A DNA stretch of 64,000 nt from Chiloscyllium plagiosum (lineage: Eukaryota), in contig NC_057718.1 of assembly GCF_004010195.1 (NCBI RefSeq), positions 38,507,821-38,571,820 on the forward strand, given 5' to 3'. Numbering within the stretch: position 1 is the first letter of the stretch; the number at the start of each line of letters is the position of its first letter. The notes under the pieces were generated by a model. That model was not told where the DNA came from. It did not search any database and saw only the letters and a list, made by a program, of their open reading frames with translations. Shown one piece after another: positions 53,001 to 64,000 of the stretch. The position numbers and the translations under genes were made by a program.

Positions 53001-56000
53001 GTGAGAGCATTTTTCCAACTTGACCTGCTGAAAATTCAGCCTGAACTTTTCTGTCATCAGCACTTTACAAAGATTCAGAACTTTCTAATCTAGCCTTCAG
53101 AAACACTATTATATGTCTGACTTGATGTTAGAGAAGTTCTGTATTTGACTTTTTTCCTCTTCTTCAAGGATAACTGAAGTAATATATTTTCCATTGCTGG
53201 TTTTGTTATGTCTGAAAATGTCTACAAGAATTTTCAAATGTTATGCATGCAATTAAATCATTTACTGCCTTGAGATTATGTGAGAAGTCTGGGACTTAAA
53301 AATTATGTAGAAATAGTTCAGCAGTAAAATAACCACCTCTGAACTAAAATTCAGGTCAGGCAATGCTGCATGTGATCCTTAGTCCTTACTCTGTTCACCA
53401 ATGCCTGCAAGATCCTGCAATACGTTGCAGTTCTTCAGTTTTAGACAAAAATTGTACTTGTTTTATCTTCCCAGTTTACATTTTATAAAATCACAAGATA
53501 CGTTCTACTTCAGTGGAAAGATGTGTTGAGTGAGTTACAAAGTTGAAACTCACTGCATTGGACTGTTAGTCAATAAGAATTCAACTGGGGTAGGGAATAA
53601 AAAATATTGTACATAATTTTTAAGTTCAGCCATAATATTGTGGCAACAAGAAGTTGGAACTGAGCTAAAGTTGTATTGCCACCTCTATCTCCAGCTACTG
53701 AGTGCTATTTGTGATTGGCAAGACCTTAATTGGCCTGGGGGGTACTGCTGGGATGGAGGTAGGCTGATTCTGGAGAGGTCACATTAAAATGCCTGCCTTC
53801 ATAGGCTTCTGTTCCCAAATCCATTAGTCCAGATGGATATATGACGAACATTGAGGTCTATCAGAGAAGCCTTAACAAGTACTCAGTTCACTTCCCCACT
53901 CCTATACCCAACAACCTCTCACCCACCCTCCACTCTAAATGACCTTGCCACAATGAAATTACAGTTTGGGACCTACTGTCTCTTTTACCCCATGGAAAAG
54001 TGTTGGAGGGCGGAAATGGAGGCAGGATTTAAGGCTATACTTTTTTTTGTTGTGTAACCTCCATATCGGTCTGTTCCTTCTCAAAGCAAGTTATACAACT
54101 TCAAACAGAACATTATGAATGTATTTGCCCAGATGTCTCACAAGACCGAAGCAGTCAAATCACTATGAACACAAGCCAGTACCAATGCAAAGCAATCCCG
54201 ACTTATTAGGAAACAAGTTACAATAGCTTTTACTACAATTTACTAATCCTGTTCAGCCCCTTAATTTTATAATACTTCCTGAGCCTCTTGTAGATTTGTG
54301 CAGCCACTCTTTCTGTTTCAATGGGACTGCAAAGCTGCTTTTTCTTCCTCTCTCTTTCTGGACATTCAGCAGGTCTCTGCCTTTGGCCATGCTGGTCTCC
54401 TCAGAAGTTCGAAGAGAGTCCAAGAGATTTCTTTGCAGGTGAACCATGTCTTTATACCTTTTTGGGTGGTTTTCTGAAACTTTCTATAGTTCTGGCCAAT
54501 CAGGGAGACAAATTTAACGGTTTGAAACATTTTTAATCATTAGGATGGCCTGCTACTGTTTGTTTCTTTCTGTAGCAGGACCCAATGCCATTCTGTCTGG
54601 GTCCTTCTTAAATTGGTTGATAAGCTGTTTGGAGTATGTCTGTCCAGGATAACTGTTGCCTTTATGTTATGCAAATATCATTATCACCTGACTGCTGTGT
54701 TTGCACTGTGTCTGGTGGGTGGGTTTTGTGACTTCAGAGTTTTACTTGGCAATTTCTCCAGCATCCCTTGCTGTTTGACCAAGTTAGCAATCTATCTGTG
54801 TTTTAGCAGCCATGCAGCTGCTATATTTGGGATGGCCCATGTATTTTGATTGTTAGGTGATTGGCACGATGCCAGAGCTTAGAGGGTTAGAGAAGAACTT
54901 GGATGGAAATATTATGTGATGGTAGTGGTCCTGATCACCTGATTGGAGACTGGGATGCGCAAACCTCTGCTTGGCTGGATGGTCCCTATTGGTTTAATGG
55001 CTGTAGGCAGCTGTATATTCCCAACAGTGCCACCATACGCAATGGCTACTGCTGGCAGGGAGTCACCAACGAAGAGAGGATCCTTTTGCCAGATATGCAG
55101 ATGCCTTCAAGGCTTAGCAGAGGTTGGGATTTGGCAAATCAGTGATGAGGGGAACATGGAATGAGGCAAGGAGACTGCATGGTTGGGGTTCTCTTTTGGG
55201 AACAGGTTGTCCAAACTGGAAGGGCCCAATTTACCTCCTCACTTACACAAAGGGCATTAGGTGGTCGGTGGTGAAATACCAGCAGCAGCAGGAAGAGGCT
55301 CTTAGGTGGCCATTATTATGATTATGCCTCCCACCATCTGCCTGCCTACTTCCAGGAGGGTCATAAAATTCCATTCTTGGTGTGAAAGGGGTGAATCCAG
55401 TTGTGATGTATACGTAGAAACAAGATGGTACGTAAAACTAAGATTGTGTGGGTCCGCAGAGAGAAATTGATTAACTGGATTTTAAATGCATGTGTAAAAC
55501 CTCAAGTAATCTCTGTACTACTAACTGAGCCAAGTTGGTAGAGGGTGAAACAGATCAAATAATTAAATGAGCAGTTCAAAGAGTGCTATTGGAAGGTGTT
55601 TCAATTCATGGTGTAACATTTGATTATCTACTATCTGCTCTTTTGATTATCTTAGAAAAGTTCTTTTAATCTGGTTTTATGTTCCTAATATTTTATATCA
55701 CTATCTTTCTATTTGTTCCTTTCTTGTATTAACTTTTTGTTTGCTCTTTCCTGCTTTCTAAAAATCTTCCAGTCCTCAAATTCACTACTGTTATTTGCAA
55801 TGTAATAAGTAATGTTGAGTCTTCTTTTATTGGAATGTATTTGTGTCAAAATTTGAATGTTTCTCACCGTTTATATATGGCTATTTCAGTCTGTTTACCC
55901 AAACTGTCTTAACCAGTTCTCCCTCCTCATACCTGCATAATTGTCTTTTGGTTAAGTTTAAAATTCTTAATTTAGACTCAGATTTTGTGTCAAAATTGAT

Positions 56001-58680
56001 ATGGAATTAAATAATGTTATGATAATTTTCTCCCAGAAAATCATTTACTATTCCATAATTAGTTATTACTATCTCATTACACAATGCTCTACAATATATG
56101 TATTCCTAGTTGGTTCCAAAATGTATCGACCTCGGAAACTGTTGTGAAAGCATTCTCCAAACCCATCTTCCACACTGCCTTTTTCAATATAATTTACCAG
56201 TTTATATGAATATTAAAGACCCTAATTTTATCACAATGCCTTTGTTACAACTATGCTAAGTACACTGGTTATAACTATTCACACCAATGTTTTCTGACCA
56301 TTGTTACTCTTGATCTTTAGCCATTCTGATTTTACTTCCAGATCTTCTAAGCCAATCTTCCCTTCTTACAACTGTCCTTATTTCATCTTTTACTTTCATG
56401 ATCCCCCTCCTAATTTTCTATTCTGCCTGTCTGTTGAAATATTGGAAAGCCTGAAATATTTATTTCCCAAACCCAATCAGCTAGTAGTCATGGGCTGGAT
56501 TTTCAAAGCTTGTTTGTGAATCCAACCCTGACTGAATTCCAGGTTCTAACTCCACACCCGAACTGTATCAGTCTTGTCATGCTACTTTTAAATTTGCATT
56601 ATTTGATTGGTCAGCTGGTGAGCTCGGCATCCAATGCAAGGCACCATGTCACTCCGAGAAGGCAGGAACTGCCTGCCTGGAAACAGAAGAAAAGGAAAGC
56701 AGTAATCTGGAGGCTGCTGTTATCTTGCAGGGAGAGAATACAGCTCAAATAAGGTGGTACAAAGTGATCATTGGTGATAATTTGACATAAAGTTATTGAC
56801 ATGCTGGTTGTTGACTGCTCTAATTTCAGAAAAATACAGAGGTGAAAATAAACCTCTCTCCCAGTTCCCAAACATCTCTGTTACATTCTAAAATTCTCTA
56901 CTTTGTTCAGCATTGCCTGGAAAGAAGACTGAAAATCCCACTCCGTTTCTGATAGGCCCTTTAACACGTTGCTTAAATAACTTTAACAATCATTTACTGG
57001 TAGCAAGAAGGTTTCTCATTCTTTCCCTCTTGCAAGCCCTTTCAAAATTCCAAGCTGCCCTTGACTTGGCAGGATCAAATGTCTTCCTCTGGAAATGCAA
57101 TTTTTGAAACTCATGCACCCATTTTCATCTCCATTGACAATTAAAAATATTGCCCCATATTTCTGTAATGGTGATTAGATTAAACCCATTTATCTGAATT
57201 TGTGTTGCTAGTGTGCCTAGAGTATAATAAATGCCTCACATATTCTGATAAAGAGAATTTAAAAAAAAATATTCTTTGTATGTTCTTCTGGTAATATGTT
57301 ACTTACCACTACTTTACTTTTATGTTTGTTGATGCATTGGTATATTGCCAAAATTAGACATTGCAGTATTCAGTGCATTTTGAGAATGAACATTGCAAAT
57401 CTCTCAATGTTTTTGATTTATCAAAGTGTACCTAACATAGAGCAGGTTTTAATGTAAATTGGGAAGATAAACCCCAGGGTTTGGTCAAAAACCCAAGGTC
57501 TGTAGCTTATTGTCTTGCCTGACACCAATGAACTGAGTATACTTGAGGACTGCTTCTAATGTTCTTGGACCTGAATGACTCAGAAATTGTGACTTTACTG
57601 TTGGACAAGTTCGACATAATTTTTAAGTTCAGCTATTAATTTTATCTGCTAATACACATGTTTGTCCCTTCCTGTCTCGCTGTGCTTACCTTTTCTCAAA
57701 TCACTACAATTCTTTTTCTCTTCAGATTTCTAAATTTGCCTTCACCTGACCCCTCCATATCATTCCCCAATTTTTGTTTAAAGCCCTAACCACAGCCTGA
57801 ATTATATAAAGAGTGAGTCTTTAAACACATTATTTTTGTGTCTCTTTTCATAGTAGAAGAACTAAATTACATACAAGGAGTAGAGAATAAGCAGGGGAGT
57901 AATAAAAATTTATGAACTTTAAATATCTAATACCAGCAATGATTAAGTGTTCGAGGGTCTACTGAAAGCTGGCAAATGTATTGGAGCTGGGGTTCTAAAA
58001 GAGGCATCTAGAGAGATATTGGATGCATTAATTATTATTTTCCAAACTAGAGGAAAACAGTAATATAGGAATGGCAGGTCAGTTAGCTTGACATCAGGAA
58101 AATGCTGCATTTTATTACTAATCACGTATTAACAAGGAGCTTAGAAAATCATAGTTGGTTAAGCATAGTTTTAGGAAAGGAAAATCACATTTGACCTTTT
58201 ATTTTTGTAGATGTATATCAAGGTAGATAAAAGTAAATGAATAGATGTGGTATAAATGGCTTTCCAAATTTTTTGGAGTGTTGTGGTCCTCTCCCCTGTG
58301 TCTGGATTTGGTGTTTTCAGCAACTGGGTGTGCAGAGTAACGTGTTGGATTCAAGTGGTTAGAGGGGAGGGCTAAAAGGTGATAGGATGTTTTTGGTGGG
58401 ACCCACAAAGAAGTTCCCTTTATGTACTGACACTGTCCCATGAAGCTGAAGCTGCACGGCAACCCATATGATGTGAAGCTTCCCCTGCTGTAAGCAAAAT
58501 TTTTGTGGTGGTGAGATTAGGACCTTACATTGCCATTAATTGGTCAGGATTTCAAAAGGCTGAAGGCAGCTTGGTGCCCCCCCTGTAAATTTTAGGTGGA
58601 TGAGGAGGGGCATGTAGTTGGTGTGAAAGCCACTCACTGGATTTTACATGTTTTAAAGCCCACAAGCAAAGGGGTGTAAA

Positions 58681-60005
58681 ATCCAATACAAAGAGTAATG
58701 GTTTAAGGACAAAAGGGGAGAGAAAAGGGCCCCTCAAAGATCAGCAAGGCAGCCTTTGTGTAGAGCCGCAGAAAATGGGGGAGATACTAAATGAGTATTT
58801 TGCATCAGTATTTACTGTGGAAAAAGATATGGAAGGTATAGATTGTAGGGAAATAGATGGTGACATCTTGCAAAATGTCCACATTACAGAGGAGGAAGTG
58901 CTGGATTGACTTGAAACACATAAAAGTGGATAAATCCCCAGGACCTGATCAGGTGTACCCTAGAATTCTGTGGGAAGCTAGAGAAGTGATTGCTGGGCCT
59001 TTAGCTAAGATAATTGTATCATCGATTGTCACAGGTGAGATGCCAGAAGACTGGAGGTTGGCTAACATCGTGCCACTGTTTAAGAAGGGTGGTAAGGGAA
59101 CAAGCCAGGGAACTATAGATGGTAAGCCTGATGTCGGTGCTGGGCAAGTTGTTGGAGGGAATCCTGAGGGGCAGGATGTACATGTACAGGAAAGGCAAGG
59201 ACTGATTAGAGATAGTCAACATAGCTTTGTGTGTGGGAAATCATGTCTCACAAACTTGATTGAGTTTTTTGAGGAAGTAACAAAGAGGATTGATGAGGGC
59301 AGAGTGGTAGATGTGATCTATATGGACTTCAGTAAGGCGTTTGACACGGAATACAGGGAGAACTAGCCGTTTGGATACAGAACTGGCTCAAAGGTGGAAG
59401 ACAGAGGGTGGTGGTGGAGGGTTTTTATTTCAGGCTGGAGGCCTGTGACCAGTGGAGTGCAGAAGTTGGGAGGTCATATTGCGGCTGTACAGGACATTGA
59501 TTAGGCCACTGTTGGAATATTGCATCTATCAAAAAGATGTTGTGAAACTTGAAAGGGTTCAGAAAAGATTTACAAGGATGCTGCCAGGGTTGGAGGATTT
59601 GAGCTATAGGGTGAGGCTGAACAGGCTGGGGCTGTTTTCTCTGGAGCATCGGAGGCTGAGGGGTGACCTTATAGAGGCTTGTAAAATTGTGATGGGCATG
59701 AATAGGGTAAATAGGCAAAGTTTTTTCCCTGGGGTGGGGGAGTCCAGAACTAGAGAGCATAGGTTTAGGGTGAGAGGGGAAAGATATAAGAGAGACCTAT
59801 GGGGCAACAGAGAGTGGTATGTGTATGGAATGAGATGCCAGAGAAAGTGGTGGAGGCTGGTACAATTGCAACATTTAAGGGGCATTTGGATGGGTATATG
59901 AATAGGAAGGGTTTGGAGGGATATGGGCCGGGTGCTAGCAGGTGGGAGTAGATTAGATTGGGATATCTGGTCGGCATGGACAGGTTGGACATCTCTATGA
60001 CTCTG
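58681..60005 (+). mobile_element. Young CR1 LINE fragment with several internal deletions; same family as 1-1190
   Basis: Close match to positions 1-660 and to the 7600-8218 3' end. KSPGPD, PEDWRLAN and YMDFSKAFD motifs. Confidence 0.92.
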
Positions 60006-60009
60006 TGAT

Positions 60010-61040
60010 AATATATTGGCAAGGATGGAATATTGTTTAATGGACAAGCAGTGGAAAGTGGTAAGGAGCAGACAACTTTCAAACTGCCAGACTATAATTG
60101 ATGGAATGTAACAAGGATCATTGCAGTGGCCTCAACAATTTAGAGTATATCAATAACATAGACAAAGAAGTACAGAATAACGGATAGCATTGTTGCTGAT
60201 AACAAAATTTGGTGGGGAATTAAGATGTGAGGAGGATACTATGGCTGTAAAGAGACATAGATAAGTCAACTCAGTCAACAACAAAGTGGTAAATGGAGTT
60301 CAATTTGGGAAAATGTTAAAATATTCACTTTGATAATAAGAATAGAAAAATATAACTTTTTTTAAAAGGCATGAAACTTTTAAATTTTTATATTCAAAGA
60401 CTTTGGTGTACCCCAATGAGGAACAGTAACTTAGCACTCAAGTACAACAAATAATTAAGAGGTGAATGGCATGGTGACCAATATTGCTCAGGGATTTAAA
60501 TGCGAAAATAAAGAAGACAATGATAAAGGATTTCTTGACACCACAGCTGAAATGTTGAGTATGATTCATATCTAACATAAGATAAACTTGCTTTGAAGTT
60601 GGCTCAATGAATGTTCATTAGAATGATTCTGGAGATGAAAGGTTTGATTCTATGATGAAAGGTTGAGTAAATTGGATTTGTACTCTCTATAATTAGGAGA
60701 ATGTGAGGAGATCTTATTAAAACATATAAGATTCTGAAGGGTCTTGACAAGATAGACACTGAAATGTAGTTTGACAATCTTGAACAATAGAGTACAATCT
60801 CAGGATAAAGGCTCGATTGTTTATGTTTGAGATGGGGAGAAATTCTTTACTCAGAGGATCATGAATCTTTGGAATTATCTACTCCAGAGGTTGGTTGATT
60901 CTCCATCCCTGAATTCATTGAAGGCTGGAATAGATTTAGATAACTTCAGTACAAATAGTGAGCAGGGAAATGAATGAGGTAAAAGATTAGTCATATTGTA
61001 TTGAATGGAGCAGGTTTTGGAGGAGCTGCGTGATCTAAAC
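60010..61040 (+). mobile_element. Older decayed CR1 3' fragment
   Basis: Degenerate W*MEFNLGKC and GDLIKTYKILKGLDK, followed by a 3'UTR. Confidence 0.65.
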
Positions 61041-62790
61041 CTTCTTCTTTTTGTACCTTCTAATGGAAAACCCATTTTATAAATTACAAATATCTGCGAA
61101 ATATCTATTGTACCTATAGGTGGCAATGTTAGAGATTTATATAATATTTAGTGCAAAGGCTTCTACTATGTTTTAACATTGAAACTCCCTTCACAGCTTT
61201 ATTGACCAAGTGTAGATTTTACACAGTACAATTGTAATCTTTTGCCAATCTGTTCTTTTTGATGAGAATAATTATGATTTAAAACACTATTTCCTGATCA
61301 TTCCAGAACAAAAACTGCTTATGCCAATTATTGAAATAACATTTTCTGTTATCAAATGAAATGGTAGATAATGTGTTGTAATATTCTTCTTTGGTTGGTG
61401 TGTTTTTTGTTACTGTATCACTGGATCAGTGGTGGAGGAATGGCTAAATACAATACACACGAATAAAAGAATTGGACTGTGAGAGGAGACACATTGGAAA
61501 CTTTTCTAATATTGATATTAGAATATGACATTTTTTCATAATGGTTCAATTTTTGCATTATATTATAAATGTATATAGTTACATACTCAATTTGAGCAGA
61601 AATTAAATTAGGATGATTGGTTTGTAGCTGATGGCTGCTCTTAACAGTTTGACATCTTTTGGATATAAATGGAATGATTGAATTGGACGGTTCTATGTGA
61701 GCTCTTAATTTACAATTAGTAGCTTACATAATAAGCAGCTATTTGTATCTGTCTGAATTTGATTTAATCAACACTTAGTGGTGAGAAAGATGGTTTTTCG
61801 TGCCACGTGGAAATATGCACTGAATATGTGGCCTGTTATATGCAATAATTATGTGGATTTGTTTTTCTAATATTTTGCTTTTGTGCCCCTGATATTATAA
61901 ACCATAATCTTGCTAGAAAGGTAGGAAAATTATCTGGATCAGAAAGTTTGTTAATATGTCTGGTCCTCCCCGAAGCTTGCTGCTCATCTCCTCATAGTTC
62001 ACTCTTTCAATCCAACCAGGCTATCATCATTTTGACTTTTCCTTCTCAAGTGAATCAACACAGGTTTCAGGAAGAGTATTTTGATTTTCCTCCAGTACTC
62101 TATAACCTCCTGATCTGAACATTGACTTCAACAGTTGCAACTTCAGTGGTCTGTCTCATTTTTCTTTCAGTTTTATGAGCTCTACCTCTTGTGTTTTGCT
62201 CATGTTTGTCCTCTTAAGTTTTTTCTTAGCCATTGAAATGTATTTGAATATCCTCCAGCAATCTTCAGTCCTTTCTGGTTTGTTTTAAGAAGATAATTCA
62301 CTGGTTAATAAATACATTTATTGACATAATTATATTTTAACATATTTTCTGTTTTTTAGCCTTGTTCTTATTTAAGTCTCACTAAAGGGTACATCTATCT
62401 TGCCTTTCAAATTCTGATGAAGAATTTTATCTCAAATGTAACCTTTCCTTTGTCTTTTCAGATCTCTGTGCATATCTATAATTGTGTTTATATTTCAGAC
62501 ATATTGCTTTTTGTAGTTCCTTTTGTCTATTAGCACTATTTGTGATAAACTTTTACAGTGATTTAAAAAACTTTCTGAGATGATTCCCTCAACCTTTTTC
62601 ATTCTCTTCTGTGGAAAACATTTGCCTGTTTTCTCCATTCTATCAGATAATATTGGTGATCTATCTTGTAATTTATGTTTAGAACTAAATTCATTTTCAT
62701 TAAAGGCAACCAGGAGAAGGGTGAAATTTGATACAGAGAAGGTTCATATAAATCTGCTTGCACAGGTGACCACTCACGGAGAGACTGCAG

Positions 62791-63006
62791 GAGAAAATGA
62801 GGACTGCAGATGCTGGAGATCAGAGTCACGAGTGTGGTGGTGGAAAAGCACAGCAGGTCAGGCAGCATCCGAGAAGTAAGAGAATCGATGTTTCGGGCAT
62901 AAGCTCTTCGTCAGGAATTCATGATGAAGTACTTATGCTGGAAACGTTGACTCTCCCGCTCCTCGGATGCTACCTGACCTGCTGTGCTTTTTCTGGCATC
63001 ACACTC
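62791..63006. mobile_element. Penelope-derived fold-back element (diverged arms)
   Basis: Inverted arms centred near ggaattc (~62914-62920). Minus-strand core CTGACGA-AGAGC-TTAT-GCCC-GAAA-CATC. Confidence 0.8.
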
Positions 63007-63750
63007 AGAGACTGTCTAATGTTAGTCCTGAATTGCAATGGGCAAATGTCACAGTTATTATTTGTAATTCATTTAGCAATGTCTAGTTCAAGTAATAATT
63101 CACCAAGAAAACACTGTAGTACTTAAGCAACCAATTGGTTTTGATTTTTCCTTTCCTTAATGTTTTTGCTTTTGAAGCATTATTTTTTCAAAGGTGTTTT
63201 TCTAACCTCTGAGCTTGAGTCAATTACAGAGAGTAAGTTAAGCACATTGCTATTTGAATGTCATTCTCAAATTAACGATGCCATTTCAGTCTTTAAATTT
63301 TTAAAGATACTGCCATTTGTCATTAATAACTAGTAATCATTTTTCAAATGGCAATAGAGCTACATGAGTTAGAACAGAAACAAAGGTACTGAATATGAAT
63401 ATTAAATAGTCACTAATATCACTAATGTCATTTTCTCAAATTACACTATAAAATTTCATTCTTTCATTCCTAGTTATCATTTAAGAGTTGAAATGACAAG
63501 CACTATTTAATCCTGACAGGAGGCAGAGGGTTTTTCAAGCAGAAACAAAAGTTGTTTTTAAAGTGTAAAAGTTGATGTAAAGTTCTGTTACAATGTGATA
63601 AATAATAGATTATGAATACAGTAGCAAAGTAAATAACCACACCCTGTTGTCATAACTATATATACAGACATATATATGGAATGCATGTTATATTTAGATG
63701 CAAGGATTTTGACTGATAACGTTACTCCAGTAGCAAATAGAATACCATTA

Positions 63751-64000
63751 CGGATGTAGGTTTGCTCGCTGAGCTTGAAGGTTTGTTTTCAGATGTTTCG
63801 TTACCATACTAGGTAACATAATCAGTGAGCCTCCGGATGAAGCACTGCTTTTTATGGCCTGCTTTTTATTTATGTGTTATTATAGTATTATTTTATAATA
63901 TTATTTATTCACATAAATAAAAAGCAGGCCATACCACCAGTGCTTCATTTGGATGCTCACTAATGATCTTACCTTGTATGGTGACAAAACGTCTGAAAAT
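63751..64000. mobile_element. Fold-back element of a second Penelope-like family (cut by window end)
   Basis: Inverted arms ~63787-63876 and ~63910-63999 around an AT-rich spacer. Each arm has a degenerate CTGANGA-stem-GAAA-CGTC core. Confidence 0.7.

Noticed and set aside
52776..53093. 105-aa overlapping ORF in another frame of the large exon
   Set aside because: Shadow frame of A-rich coding sequence with no independent support.
54050..54870. Possible LTR-like segment
   Set aside because: Composition is suggestive, but I could not find matching termini or a target-site duplication.

Overview
Eukaryotic, repeat-rich genomic DNA, most likely from a cartilaginous fish (shark), judged from HE1-type SINEs, abundant CR1 LINE fragments and Penelope-like elements. 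The window lies inside the synaptotagmin-14 (SYT14) gene on the + strand. It holds two small coding exons: 9711-9758 (GGERTCGVHELICIRK) and 50537-50701 (the transmembrane exon), separated by a ~41 kb intron. About 1 kb further on is an intact 417-codon ORF (51770-53023) with a phase-1 splice donor at 53001, which looks like an alternative N-terminal exon giving a TM-less SYT14. The introns contain decayed CR1, L2 and Rex1 LINEs, six HE1 SINEs, a solo LTR with a target-site duplication, Gypsy pol and Harbinger transposase remnants, and a Tigger-like MITE. Several Penelope-derived fold-back elements carry minimal hammerhead-ribozyme cores. A few exon-like, stop-riddled segments on the minus strand may be remnants of an antisense nested gene. 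Repeat family names come from recalled motifs, not database searches, and boundaries of old repeats are approximate.
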